NCBI GenBank assembly: GCA_031835245.2
Contig: JAVKOQ020000024.1
Coordinates: forward strand, 248,001-312,000
Source of the DNA: Balamuthia mandrillaris
Taxonomy: Eukaryota
Reading direction: 5' to 3'
DNA length: 64,000 bases
The notes beneath the pieces were generated by a model. The model was not told the origin of the DNA. It saw only the letters and a list, made by a program, of their open reading frames with translations, and made no database searches. Shown here in pieces: positions 1 through 12,452 of the stretch (position 1 is the first letter of the stretch; each line of letters starts with the position of its first letter). Position numbers and translations under genes: made by a program.

Positions 1-327
1 CCGGTAGAGCCGCTTCTCAAACTCCAGCCCGGCGGGATCCATGCGCAGCTGGTAAATCTCCAACTTGAAAGGTCCCCATCCTAAGCGGGTGAGAGAGAGC
101 AGAGAGCATAGCAGAGGGAGAGGGAGGCAGCGAACGATCCAAATCAATCGATGAATAACAAAGAATTCTTCCGGGGGAAAAATAGAGAAGAAAGAGAGAG
201 GGAAAAAAAAGGTACCTGAGAGAGGAGACACTACGGTTCGTTGACCGTCGAAAGAGCTGGGAGGGGCTTCCAGGCACAAGGCAGGGCGCCAAAACTGCCA
301 TGTCATCCGCTCTACGCGCTGCAGCAT
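1..327 (-). CDS. 5' part of a spliced gene of unknown product, running off the window start
   Basis: ATG at 327. Exon 327-216 (MLQRVERMTWQFWRPALCLEAPP...SPLS) ends G|GTACC. Acceptor CTTAG at 81, then an in-phase open exon 80-1 (GWGPFKLEIYQLRMDPAGLEFEKRLYR). No family recognised. Confidence 0.55.
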   Translation of the reverse strand, partial: MLQRVERMTWQFWRPALCLEAPPSSFDGQRTVVSPLSGTFFFPLSFFSIFPPEEFFVIHRLIWIVRCLPLPLLCSLLSLTRLGWGPFKLEIYQLRMDPAGLEFEKRLYR

Positions 328-570
328 TCCTTTTCTTTTCTTTTCTTTCTTCTTTCTTTCTTTTATTTAATTTGTTCCAATTATTATGAATGTAAATCGA
401 TAATCAGAAGATAAATTCTACTGGTATGATAATTTTGAAAATGTTGAATTGGATTCGATTATTATTGTCGGCATAAAAGAAAGAAAACGAGCAGACGAAG
501 AATAAGAAGAGAGAAGGGAAGGAGAGTGGAGTGGAGAGTTTTTTTTTCCCTGTGGTCGGTGTAGGATACA

Positions 571-722
571 ATGAATGTTGGAAGTAATGCAGGTATGAAT
601 GGTACGTTACTCGAAAGAGAAATCACACTTTATTCTCTTTGTGGTTTTTCTTTCTTTTTCTTTTTTTGAAAACATCAGCCTGATTGATTTCCAAAATAAA
701 CGATTTGCTTATCTCTCTCTCT

Positions 723-756
<34 letters not shown>

Positions 757-3700
757 TTGTTTCAACAAAGGAGGAAATGCGGCTACTTCCTCAGCTGCAA
801 CCACCACAGCCACAACAACGGGTGTGGCCGCTGGATACCCCTACTACCCTGCCTATGACTGGTCCGCCACGGGTTGGAATGCCTACGGCGCCTGGTCAGT
901 CCCTCTATTCTCTTCTTCTGCTCGTCTTCTCACTGGTGAAACAAACGCATTTGCATCCATACGTACATACCTACAGGGGATCTCCCGTTTCTCCGGACGC
1001 TGCGGCAGCCTACAGCCAATACTATGCTCAATGGGCACCACAGACCGCCGCTGCTTGGACTACCACCACCACGCCTGCCACAACTCACACTACTCCGTGA
1101 GTCCTCCTTATCTCTCTCTCTTCTCTTCATCATCGTTCTCTTCATCTCTTCTCTTCTCTTCTCTTCTCTTCTCTTCTCTTCTCTTCTCTTCTCTTCTCTT
1201 CTCTTCTCTTCTCTTCTCTTCTCTTCTCTTCTCTTCTCTTCTCTTCTCTTCTCTTCTCTTCTCTTCTCTTCTCTTCTCTTCTCTTCTCTTTCTCTTCTCT
1301 TCTCTTCTTCTTCTCTTCTCTTCTCTTCTCTTCTCTTCTCTTCTCTTCTCTTCTCTTCTCTTCTCTTCTCTTCTCTTCTCTTCTCTTCTCTCTCCTTTTT
1401 TTTCTGCTGGTCTTCTCGTTTTTTCTCTCTCTCTCTCGCTCAATTGCTCTCTCATTCTCTCATTTCTTTCCTCTTGCTGGTGGCTTGGTCAATTTTACGT
1501 TTGTTGTTTGGGTTTTCAGTGCTACCACTGCACATACACAACCTGCCGTTGCCACGTATCAGACTGCTGCTTCTTATCAGCAACCGCCATCCACTACCAC
1601 CTCTTCCGTCTCTTCAACAACTGAACTCTACGACCCTTCATGCCCTACGGATACCTCTGCATCCCGTTCGTTATTCCTTCTTGTTGTTATACTTTGTTGC
1701 TTCTTTCGGTAACTCTTGCTTGCTTAACAGCTTCAGCACCAGAATATCTCAGCGCAAGCAAGGTGAGTTTTCAAATGCGTCCCAGCAAGCCCACCCATGC
1801 TCACACGTATACCCCGTAAGTTATTTTATTTTTTTCGTTGTTTTCTTTCTTACTTATGTTTACTGTTTCCCTTCTCCTTTAAGACAATCGTCAGCAACAA
1901 CCACAACGCAACAACCACAACAACAACAGCAGCAAACCACAACAAGTTCCAGCAGCACACAAGGGTGGCCACCCTCTCTCCGAAACTACGTGGAACGGGC
2001 CTTTGCACAATGTCAAGGTGATGAGCAACGCAACAAAATGGAGGTCCGGCTGAAGACTATGATCACGGAGTGCATTGCCAATTCAACGTTGTGGCATAGG
2101 GATTGGAACACTGAGCCTCTGCCTGATATAGGTGAAGCAACTTCTTATTCTATGGCTGGAAAGGGCAAAAAACGGTTGGTTTGCGTATTTTTATTTTTTT
2201 CATTCCGCTTTCGACGTCCTTTTCCTTCTTTATTTTGTTAATCATCACAACCTACTCACTTTGCCTTTATACCAAACAAAAATAGTCCATTACAAGCAGA
2301 CACATCCACACCAGGAAAAAATAAATCTTCGATATCTATGCTGGGCATTGGTAATGCTGAGGAGGATAAACGAGAAAAAAGGTCACAACGGTTCAAGCGT
2401 TCCTCAAACCAATTCAAACGCAAATCCGGATTATTTCTTCCTCCACCAATGGTACTCTCCTGATGCTGCTCTACTTTGCTCCTCTTCAGTCCTTCTTCAT
2501 TGTGTTGTTCTTTATTTATTTTAGTTACTAAGCGTTTTGCACAAGGCGGAAAGTGAATTAGATTGGGACTCTTTGGTTATCAGAGGCACTTCTACTGAGC
2601 TTGAAAAGCAATATCTACGTTTGACTTCGGTAGTACTCTCTTCTATCGTCCTATTCTGCTGCTTTTAAAATTTCTTCTATCTTGCTTACTTTCCTCATCA
2701 TCCTTGTGCTTAACAGGCTCCTGATCCAGCTACTGTTCGACCGCAACACGTACTAACACAGTCGTTGCAGCTGATCAAGAACAAGTGGAAACATGAAGAG
2801 GATTACCATTACGCCTGCGAACAGCTAAAATCCATAAGGCAGGATCTCACTGTACAGCATATCAAAAACAGCTTTGCTATTGAAGTTTACGAAACACACG
2901 CACGTCTTGCCTTGGAAAATGTACGTCCCGTTTTCGTTTGGTTTTGTTTGTCAATTTTAAAATATTGTTCTAACAAATGAAGACTACAAATAGTCTGATT
3001 TGGGAGAGTTCAATCAGTGCTTAACACAACTGCTCATTCTTTATACGGAAGTTGGAACTGGCTCTGCCATTGAATTTACTGCTTATCGTATTTTATATTG
3101 CTTATACAGTAACAACGCAGCAGGTGAGACCACTTTTCTCTCTCTCTCTCTCTCTTCCAATGTCACTAACTTTGGTTCTCTCTCTCTCCCCTCTTCTCTT
3201 TAACTTCTTCCTTCTTTGCTTGCTTTCGTAAATAGAAATTACGCAGATAATGGCGCAATTGGATCCAGGGCTTAGAAACCACGAATTTGTGTCACACGCA
3301 CTCAAAGTTCGTGAGGCAATGGCCCTCTCCAACTATTACTCCTTCTTTCGGTTGTATCAGTCGGTACCCAACATGGGCGTCTACATAATGGATCTGTTTG
3401 TGGATGAAATGCGTCTCTCTGCCCTCAGAATCATTTGCAAAGCGTTCGTTTCTGCTTTTCTCCTTTTGATACTCCTCCTTCCTTTCCCTTGTTTCTTTCC
3501 TTCCTTCCTTGTATTTTGTCATTTCTTTCTCTCGTTTTCACTTTCTTACACTTTGTGCTTTTTTCTTTTTGCATTGTCATTGCAGTTATCGCCCTTCAAT
3601 GCCAGTAAAAATTGTAAAGAAAGAGTTGGCCTTTTCCTCCATGAAGCAGTGCGTCAAGTTCCTGCGGACCCGCAAAGCGGTCATCACCCGGAACAGCGAC

Positions 3701-3766
3701 GGGGAGTTGGAGATGGACACCAAGGCATCCTACCCCTCCTTTGTGAGCGGCAGCTCCTCCACATGA
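571..3766 (+). CDS. SAC3/GANP/THP3 family protein (LENG8/THP3-like), about 12 exons
   Basis: Spliced translation gives a Y/Q/T-rich N-terminus, [96 protein letters not shown] and ICKAYRP, the motif order of the SAC3/PCI domain. Confidence 0.88.
1146..1392. repeat. (TTCTC)n microsatellite in an intron of the SAC3-family gene
   Basis: About 250 bp of near-perfect pentamer repeat, read directly. Confidence 0.95.
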
Positions 3767-3783
3767 TACCTTTGTTGTTTCTT

Positions 3784-3853
3784 TGTCGACAAAAATATTT
3801 AATGACCATGTCGACACGATTTTCATGCGTGATGTCAGCAGGTGCGTCGACAC
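3784..3853. promoter_or_regulatory. Cluster of TGTCGACA-type palindromes upstream of EEF1G (putative promoter element)
   Basis: TGTCGACA at 3784 and 3809, GTCGACAC at 3846; the same motif recurs upstream of other genes. Confidence 0.45.
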
Positions 3854-4052
3854 GAAATTCTCCTTCCGTTTCCGTCATTCTGGGAAAATAACCAGAACGT
3901 CCACACCATCAACCTCACCCATAAATTCGAATTATTTTTGTCCCAATTTTTTGTCCCATTTCTTTTTTTTTTCGTCCGTCTTCTCTCTTCACCAGCTTGC
4001 AGCAGCAGTAGGATTAGAGTGTTTTGTCCGATCACAAACCCACACACACACA

Positions 4053-5642
4053 ATGTCCCTTGTACGTAACTTTTACAAAGTGGTGCCGAGTGTTACTTTT
4101 TTTTGTCATTTTGCTCCTGCTTGCTTTTCAACGAGCATGTTTTTTTTGAAAAAAATAATGTAGCGGAAAGGGATTGATTGATTGATGGATGGATGTTAGG
4201 GAGGGAGACTCACTCTTTGTTTGCTTACATTTATGCTACACACAGAAAATCTATTCCTACCCCCAGAACCCACGCGTGTGGAAGGCCCAGATCGCTGGCA
4301 AATATGTCGGCGTGGAGATTGAGACTCCCGCCTTCAAGATTGGCGTTGACAACAAGACCAAGGAGTTCCTTGCCAAGAACCCCCTCGGCAAGGTTCCCGT
4401 CCTCGAGACCCCTGAGGGCTGCATCTTTGAGAGCAATGCCATCGCTCGCTATGGTCAGTGTTATTCTTTGTGTTGCGAGATTTGGATTATTTGTGTGTTT
4501 TGAGTGCTTTTCCGCTCTGACTTGATTTTTATCTTCTTACAGTGGCTCGCCTGGGCTCCTCCAGCCTCTACGGCTCCAACACCTTCGAAGCTGTTCGTAC
4601 TTCGCTTTTTTCATTTCTTTTTCGGTTGTCCGCGGTTCTGCTCACCTCTTTTATTCAAAATTTGCAGGGCTTGATCGAGCAATGGATCGACTTCTCTGCC
4701 AACGAGATTGAGTTGCCTGGCGCTGCCTGGTTGTTCCCCATCTTGGGTCTTGTGCCCAACAATGAGGACGCCACCACCAAGGCCAAGGGCGACATCAGGA
4801 AGGCCCTGACCACCCTCAACCAGCACCTCAACACCAGAACCTTCCTCGTGGGCGAGAGGATCACCCTGGCTGACATTGCCGTCTCCATGGCCCTCTACCG
4901 TCTCTACAAATTGGTGCTCGACGCTGGTTTCAGGAAGGCCTTTGGCAACGTGAACCGTTGGTACCTCACCCTCGTCAACCAACCCCAGTTCAGCTCCGTG
5001 ATCGGAGAGGTTGTGTTGTGCGAGAAGATGGCCAAGGCCCCTGACGCCCCCAAGGTCGAGAAGAAGGTCGAACCCAAGAAGCAAGAGGCCCCCAAGAAGG
5101 CCGAAAAGCCCGCCGCTGAAGCCGCTGCCCCCGCCGAAACCAAGAAAGAAAAGAAAGCCAACCCCCTCGACTCTCTCCCTGTATCCAAGCTTGTGCTCGA
5201 CGAGTGGAAGCGCCAGTACTCCAACACTGACACACGCACTGAGGCCCTTCCCTGGTTCTGGGAGAACTACGATCCCGAGGGCTACAGCATCTACTTCTGC
5301 GACTACAAGTACAACGACGAGTGCACCAAGCTCTTCATGACCAACAACTTGATCAGCGGCTTTGTGCAGCGCCTCGACCCGCTCCGCAAGTACGGCTTTG
5401 GTGACGTCCTCATCTTTGGAGAGGAGCCCAAGCTGGCCGTCTCTGGCTGCTGGTTGTTCCGTGGCACCGAAATCCCCGCCGAGATGAAGGAGTGCGATGA
5501 CTTTGCCACCTACAACTGGAGGAAGGCTGACACCACCAACGAGGCTGACCGTAAGCTCATTGAGGATTACTGGGCCTGGAACGGCGAGTTCAAGGGTGGC
5601 CCAGAACTGCCCTTCTCTGACAACGGCAAGATCTTCAAGTAA
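4053..5642 (+). CDS. EEF1G: Translation elongation factor 1B gamma (GST-N, GST-C and EF1G domains), 4 exons
   Basis: MSL|KIYSYPQNPRVWK, FLAKNPLGKVPVLE, IFESNAIARY, TFLVGERITLADI, LDEWKRQYSNTDT, FMTNNLISGFVQRLD and terminal GKIFK*. Three GT-AG introns, all in the 5' part. Confidence 0.96.
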
Positions 5643-5743
5643 ACTAACCACGAAGCTCTTCTTTTGGAGAGAGAAATAAAATGAGAAACATTCAGATAGA
5701 AAAAAAGCACTTTGGACAAAAGGCTTGCGACGGCTGTTTTTAT

Positions 5744-6976
5744 TTACTGAGGCAACACAAACTTGCGGCCATACCATTTGCTGTAGAGAAAGTAAGGAGG
5801 CAGAGAGGAGAGAGAAGCCAAACGAAAAAAGCTACGTTAGAAAGAAGAAAGGAGAAAGAAGAAAAAGCAGGAGTGCAAGAGAAGCAAAAAACAAAAAACG
5901 GGTGATGATACCTGATGATGTAGTAATAGAAAAAGTCAATGTAGAGAACAGTTTGGACCAAACCTGCGATCCACACGATCCAGTTCTGGTAGCCCTCCTC
6001 GGTGAGGAGGCGGTAGATCCAGTTGAAGAGGTAGAGAGCACGGTAGCCGCCCAGGGCGAAGATGTAGTCTGATGTCAGAGTCTCCACTTCTCCTGTGCGT
6101 TGCAGCAAAAAGAGTTGCGGCATGATGGCCACTGCCTCCAAGTACACAGAAAAGGCCCACAAGATCTATGTTCGTTTGTTTATGCAAGATAAGTGACGAG
6201 AAGGAAGAAGAAGGAAGAAGAGGGAAGAGGGTGTAAGAAAAAGAAGAACGCAGAAGAAGTAAGAAAAAGGAGAACAACAAGAACATGAGCAACAATAACA
6301 AAGAAGAATGAACGAAGGAAGGAAAAAGAATAGTTGACGATAACAGTGCTGTCCTGTTAACGAGGAAGGAGCAAGCGAAAAGAAAAGGAAGAGAAGAAGT
6401 GAAAGAGGGTTGAAGAAGATGACAAGGAAGGAAAAAAGGAAGCACAGACCTCAACAATGGAGAACTCAAAATTGAAGAACAGGGCAAGGATAAAGCAAGG
6501 CACGATGAGGAACAGCACGCGGAAGGAGTCATGCTCCTTGTCGTAGGTGTGCTTAAAGTCATACTTCATCATGTAGAGGATGTAGTAGGTGGAGGCCAGA
6601 AAGATGATCTTCATTACACTGTTGTAGAGGGAGTTGAAGTTGAAGAACAGGTCGAGGTAGCGTGTGGTGAATACCAACGCGTAGAGGGCTTGAGTTTTGA
6701 AGGAGATGCCTGTTCATCAAAGAGAGAGAACGATCAATCATGTGTGTATGTTTTTATTTTGCAGAGAGAGTGAAACGATTGAATGTAATGTGATGAAGAT
6801 TGGAAGGACGAAAAAATAAAGGCTTTTCACTCACAAAGCGGATGAGCAGTGCAGAAGAGTGTAACAAAAAAAAAAAAAACCAAACCTGCACATGACTTTT
6901 GAGACCTTATCTTCCACAAAAGCAGCAGAAAGCTCAACAAGTGCAACAAATCACCAGATAACCTAAAGATGTTCAT
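5744..6976 (-). CDS. ERD2: ER lumen protein retaining (KDEL/HDEL) receptor, 4 exons
   Basis: MNIFRLSGDLLHLLS, SCAGISFKTQ, VFTTRYLDLF, WAFSVYLEAVAIMPQL, LGGYRALYLFNWIYR, GLVQTVLYIDFFYYY, last exon SKWYGRKFVLPQ*. Confidence 0.96.
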
Positions 6977-7132
6977 TTTTCTTCTTCTTCTTGTGTTTGT
7001 TAGATTTCTTTCTCTCTCTCTCTGCTTTGCCCTAACCTTACCTAATGTTTTTCTTCTTTTTTTTGCTACTTCTTTCTTCTTTGCTTTGTGTCCGTTTGTT
7101 TTTGTTTTTTTTTTATGTTTACGTGTCTTTAT

Positions 7133-7244
7133 TGTCGACAATTTGTTGCTTCGGCACGATTATCGATGAAAATTGATCGGAAAGATCGATCCTGCTAGAA
7201 CGTGGCAAGGGCACGATATTTTCTGTCGACATTTGTTGTCGATA
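7133..7244. promoter_or_regulatory. TGTCGACA/TGTCGATA cluster in the divergent ERD2 / F-box intergenic region
   Basis: TGTCGACA at 7133 and 7224, TGTCGATA at 7237, TATCGAT near 7161. Confidence 0.45.
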
Positions 7245-7326
7245 ATTGATCCCCAAATTCAGTCAGTTCTACGATAATTGAGCTGTGGGGTTCAGGAAAG
7301 CTGAAAAGAAAAAAGCAAGGAGACAA

Positions 7327-8487
7327 ATGGAGCCTGCTGCTGCTTGGGACGACCTACCAAACGAACTGCTGGTACACCTCCCCTCTCTCAAACCATGCCA
7401 TGGGTATGTTTTGTCTCACCAAAAAAAAAAACATACAAACGAACAAAAAATGAATGCATAGGCTTCGGTGTTTTGCTTCCTGGACTTTTCATCCTTGCAC
7501 CGCTGTTTTTCGGTCAACAAGCGATGGCACTCTGCCGCAACTAATGACATGCTTTGGCAACACTTCTTTCACCAGCTCTTTGGTGGCCTGCCTCCTGCCG
7601 AAGAAGCAGAAGAAGAAGCAGCAGCAACAGGACAGCAACCGAAAACTTGGCTTCAACGCTTCAGAAGCTTTGCAGAGGCGAGGTTTTGCTTCCACCCGCT
7701 TCTCACCGATCACAACCACCTGTTGAGCCCCGATTACAAGACGTTACGCCGAGACGCTCACAAGGGATGTTGTCCCAAGGCCATTCTCTCCACGGAGCTC
7801 CAGCTGAAGAAGACCGGCTTTCAACCTCTTCCCGTCGTGGAAGAGAAGAAGAATGAGCCTTCCATTTCTGGCCTGCAGGATCCTGACCACTATTCCGAAC
7901 AAACCAAAGAAAAACGGCTAGAGTCAGAGGTGAAGGAGAACAAGGCCATGTTCATGGACTGGGCAGGCAAAGTGGTGGAGCTCCAGTTCCGTGCTTGCAA
8001 GAATTGGGAGGTGGGCCTGTTCCACAACCCAGAGTCCTTCCATCGCTTCACGACCACTCGGTACTTGGCCAATGGAGGTGGTGTGGCCGAACTCTATCCT
8101 GCCGTTGTGCTGAGCATAGCTGAGAAGAAGATCTACCGCTCAGAGTGGAAGGAGGGCATCACGAGCAATAGACCAACGCCTCCTTTGCCCAAACGCTCAA
8201 CGGATGCAGAGCTTGAGGCATACTTTACCGATAATTCTTCCACACCTCAACCTCACATAAAGGAGCCCTTGGACAGGTATCCATTTGTAAGTAAGATTGC
8301 CACGGACGCAGGCTATGACATCATGGTGAGGATCGACGGAAGGGCCAACACGGTTTCCTTTGCGCTGGATGGTGAAGCTGTCGGGGAGACGCTTCCAACA
8401 CCACCCGCTCCTTTTGCCATGGTCTTTTCTACGGGCTATGCAGTCCCCGAGATGCGCATTGTCAAACAGTCAGTGTCTTTCAGGTAA
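7327..8487 (+). CDS. F-box protein with a possible SPRY/B30.2-like C-terminal domain, 2 exons
   Basis: MEPAAAWDDLPNELL|ASVFCFLDFSSLHRCFSVNKRWH..NDMLW fits the F-box consensus. The C-terminal DIMVRIDGRANTVSFALDGEAVG resembles SPRY strands (weaker). Confidence 0.75.
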
Positions 8488-8603
8488 CGGCGAAGCTGGG
8501 TTGTTTCTTTTATGTCTTCCGACTATGTACTTTCATAACGATTTTTTCCATGGGTTGGGTATTCTTCATCCTCTTCTTTTCATCATTTTTCTTTCGTCGT
8601 TGC

Positions 8604-8765
8604 CCTTTCTCTTTCTCTTTCTCTTTCTCTTTCTCTTTCTCTTTCTCTTTCTCTTTCTCTTTCTCTTTCTCTTCCTCTTTCTCTTTCTCTTCCTCTTCCT
8701 CTTCCTCTTTCTCTTCCTCTTCCTCTTCCTCTTTCTCTTTCTTCATCTCTTTCTTCATCTCTTCT
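8604..8765. repeat. (CTTTCT)n / (CTTCCT)n intergenic microsatellite
   Basis: Read directly; it generates the spurious FSFS and EKEK ORFs. Confidence 0.93.
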
Positions 8766-8999
8766 CTCGCAACCTCTCGTTCGCTGGCCATCACCTCTCG
8801 TTCCTGCTGGATTTTTTTAAAAGAAAGAACACAAATCATTTGGCAACGCTTGTGTGCCTCTTGGCCGATGTGTAATCTATTCCTTTTATGCGGACCACAT
8901 GGCGTCATCATATTCTATTTATGGAAGACGTGACGTCCTCTTCATGTCTACAAAAATCAAACAGCAAAGGAAGCAAAAAAAAATAAATCAGATGATCAG

Positions 9000-11035
9000 A
9001 TGTCGATGCCATCTACGGAACCGCCGCGCAAAAAGCCATGCACCTTCTTCATTCAAGGTATGTAGTCGGTCGCTTCACTCCGTCGGACGGACACCATTCT
9101 GATACAGAAGCAAATCTGGTTGTTATTTTGTTATTTATTTATTTTTTTTCGAAAAATATAAAAGTTGTGGAGGGAAGAAATATGAGCGACAGCAAAGGAA
9201 GCAGCCGGGGTACGCTGGGAGCGAAACGGCGGCAACTGTTTTGCCATGTGACCCTCGAAACCAAGAAAACCAACGAAGTTCTCTACTCCAGCACCACCAA
9301 AAAGCTTCCGAAGCGCAGCCACCCCCTTTGGGAGGAAGAGATGCAATTGTATTGTATATTTTTTTTTGTCGTTCGTGTTGTTGGTTGATCGTCCTTCTTG
9401 TTCTTGCTGTGCTTCTTGTTCTTGTTCTTGTTCTTCTTCTTCTTCTTGACAGCAAATGATCCACTATTAGTATTTTGCCGGAAGGAAGAAAGCCCAGCAG
9501 CCTTATGCTCCGTTTACGCTGTTATGCCCAAACGCCGGTCCGCAACACGTGCAAGGGAGAGATCCTGCTGGCACTCTCCAAGCTGAAGGACACGGTGGAT
9601 GAGTGGTTCTCGCTAGGTCCTCCGGAAGGAACTCTGAAGAAAGCGAAGACATGTAAAGGAGAAATACACCTTCGCTTGGAGCTGGCCTCTGCCTCACCCT
9701 CCATGCGGGTACCTTTATTCTAAATTCTTTTATCTTTTGTCTTCTTCTTTCGTCTTTCGTCTCCTTTGTGCTCTCCTCTTCTTGTCATTTCTCTTTATTC
9801 TTCATGCTTCTTGTTTTACATCCGTTCTTTTTTGTGTCTTTCTTGTTTCTTCTTATAATTTCTTTGTCCTTCTGCTTTCTCCTTTTTAGAACAAACAGAG
9901 CACGACGGAAGCCCAAAGGCAAAGGGCGCTCTATCGTCACAGCATGGACCAGGTGCCTTCCAACATTCGTAAAATGCTCTCTTCGCCTTCCTCCACCTCC
10001 TCCATATTATCCAATCCACCTTCCTTCTCCGAAAGCTTAAACAGGCTCGACAAACACAACGACCTTTTTTCCTATCACAGCGACTCAGAGAGACAAAGAC
10101 AAGAAGCAAGAAGAAGCCCACAACAAGAAAGGGAGAGAGATAGGAAGAGAAAGAGCGACGATGAAAGCAAAGGCAGCACCTCCGATGATCGACCCTCATT
10201 GCTGACCGCCCGACAGGACATCTTTCAGCGGTTCCCGACGGAAATGGACATGACCGACATGCTTACTATGACTTACAACAAAGAAGAAGGATCAGGAGAA
10301 GGAAGCCGACGCAGTCGTCGAGCAGGAAAAGGAAGGGATAGTCCCATTGGCAGCAACATCTATTCCTTCATGAACACCACTCAACAACAAACGGAAGGGT
10401 GGATAGGAGAGATCAAACGGGGAATAGAAGGTGGTATGGCCTCAACGGAGCGTTGGAAGCAGGACCATTATCGCATCAGCACGGCAGAGGCTCGCAGCTG
10501 GATGGAGACACCGCTCGCTCATGGCACCTGGAGAGAGAGAAAGGAGGATGCGCTGCGGCAGAGGGAGGAGCTCCAACGGACGATGGACGATGAAATGGAG
10601 GAGCTGCGGGCCAAGGTGAACTTCTTCTCGGACTATGGACCCAAGTACTTTTATTTAGGAGAGGACTTTGACGAGCGGTTGAGAATAATGATCGAAGAGT
10701 TGGGAGAGTATAACGAAAGTAGAGATAAGAAACGAAGAACATCAGTGGAACGGGTTGTTACTCCCTCACAAGCGGTGGATAACATGTTGGCTGCGTTGCC
10801 GCCTGCTGCTTCTTCTGCTTCGGCTTCTCCTGGAGAAGGAGAAAAAGGAGACGGCGATGGAAGAAATACTGCTCGACGAAGAGCCAAAGGAAACAGAAGA
10901 GAAGCAAAAGAAGAAGCGGATAAGGCGGTGGCTTCTTCGCCTGCTGCTGCTCGACCCTCTTCCTCCCCTTTGGCACCAATAGTGATGGTGCTGGTGGTGA
11001 TGCTGCTTCTCTACATTGTAAACAAGATCATGTAA
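9000..11035 (+). CDS. C2-domain protein with a disordered/coiled-coil middle and a C-terminal transmembrane anchor, 4 exons
   Basis: FFIQ|VVEGRNM, HPLWEEEMQF, KGEILLAL..DEWFSL and KGEIHLRLEL form a C2 pattern. Ends APIVMVLVVMLLLYIVNKIM*. The start codon is uncertain. Confidence 0.7.
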
Positions 11036-11052
11036 ACTACAATAAGTTTTCT

Positions 11053-11055
<3 letters not shown>

Positions 11056-11125
<70 letters not shown>
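11056..11125. repeat. (CT)n microsatellite
   Basis: Read directly, just 3' of the C2 gene stop. Confidence 0.9.
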
Positions 11126-11295
11126 ATCGTTTTAAAATATCGACAAATATCGTTTTTTATGAAATTTTACTGAAAATTTTAACACTTTTCTAAAAAATCA
11201 ACAATCGAAAATATTATCAACTTATATACAAAATTATCAACGATAGAATAAAACAAGGAAAAAAACAGAAAGAAAAAAGAAAGAAGAGAAGAGAG

Positions 11296-12415
11296 ATGGC
11301 GGGAGAGTACCGCAAGGTTGAGATCCAGCAGTTTCCGGCACTTCCCGGACGCGACTCTGCCGAAGCCCGACACTGGAAAGAGTTCAAGGTAATTACCTCA
11401 TCTCACCCCAATCCCATCCCATCTATCATTCTTCTTCTCTTTTGATTAACTCTTTTTCTCTCTTTGTTTAAAAAAAAACAGTTTCCGATTCTGTTAAAGC
11501 AACATGCCGCGGTCACGCATGTGGAGTTCTCTCCGGTGGAGCCCTACAACTGCGCTGTGACCAGCTCCACTCGCGTCCAGATCTTCAGCCCGACCACACA
11601 CGCCATCACCAAGACCATCTCTCGCTTCAAGGACATTGCCTACTCCGCCTCGTACCGCGGTGACGGCAAATTGATGGTGGCTGGCGGTGAGCTGCCGGAC
11701 GTTAAGATCTTTGACCTCTCCAGTCGCGCCATTCTCCGAATCTTCAAAGGCCACATTGGGTGCCCTTTTCCTCTCTTACTTTTTTTCTCTCTTCACCTTT
11801 TTCCTCTGTTTCTCCCTTTCGCTCGTTCTCTGCTTCTCTCCTCTACTGCTTCTCTGCTTCTCTTCTGCTTTGCTCCTTTCAGTGTCTCTTTGCTCATTCT
11901 CTTTTCGCTCATTGCTCTCTCTCTCTCTCTCTGCTGTGGTTGTTGTTGTTGTGAACAGACCTGTCCATGTTACCAAGTTCTCGCCGGACAACGTTCACGT
12001 GTTCTCCGCCTCCGATGACAAAACCGCTCGTGTATGGGATCTGCCTGTCGAAAAGGAAATTCAAGTCTTGGAGGGACACGAGGTACACACACTCTCTACT
12101 TTCGTCTACTCTCTCGTTCTGCTCCATGGATCTGCTGCTCTCTTCTTTCCTCTTCTCGATCATTTCGTCTTACTCTCTTTCAAGGATTACATCCGCTGTG
12201 GAGCAGTGGTGGCATCGAGTCCTGATTTGTGGGTAACTGGTTCCTATGATCACACGGTCAAAGTTTGGGATACTCGACAGAACAAAGTGGCTGTGAACAT
12301 CGACCACGGAGATCCCGTGGAGGCTGTGATTTTCTTTCCTTCTGGCGGTATTGCCGTTACTGCCGGTACGACATCCACTCTCTTGTTGTTGGTCTCTTCT
12401 CCCTATTTCTCAACC

Positions 12416-12452
<37 letters not shown>

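Noticed and set aside
599..2241. Long ORFs rich in LLFSS or REEKR (also at 8360-8933, 22104-22589, 41316-42267, 49146-49832 and 60327-61107)
   Set aside because: They are translations of stop-free microsatellites in introns or intergenic DNA, not proteins.
4611..5777. 388-aa antisense ORF over EEF1G, and similar antisense ORFs over the eIF4B-like gene, PRPF6 and SEC24
   Set aside because: These are shadow ORFs caused by codon bias on the real strand; they show no recognisable motifs.
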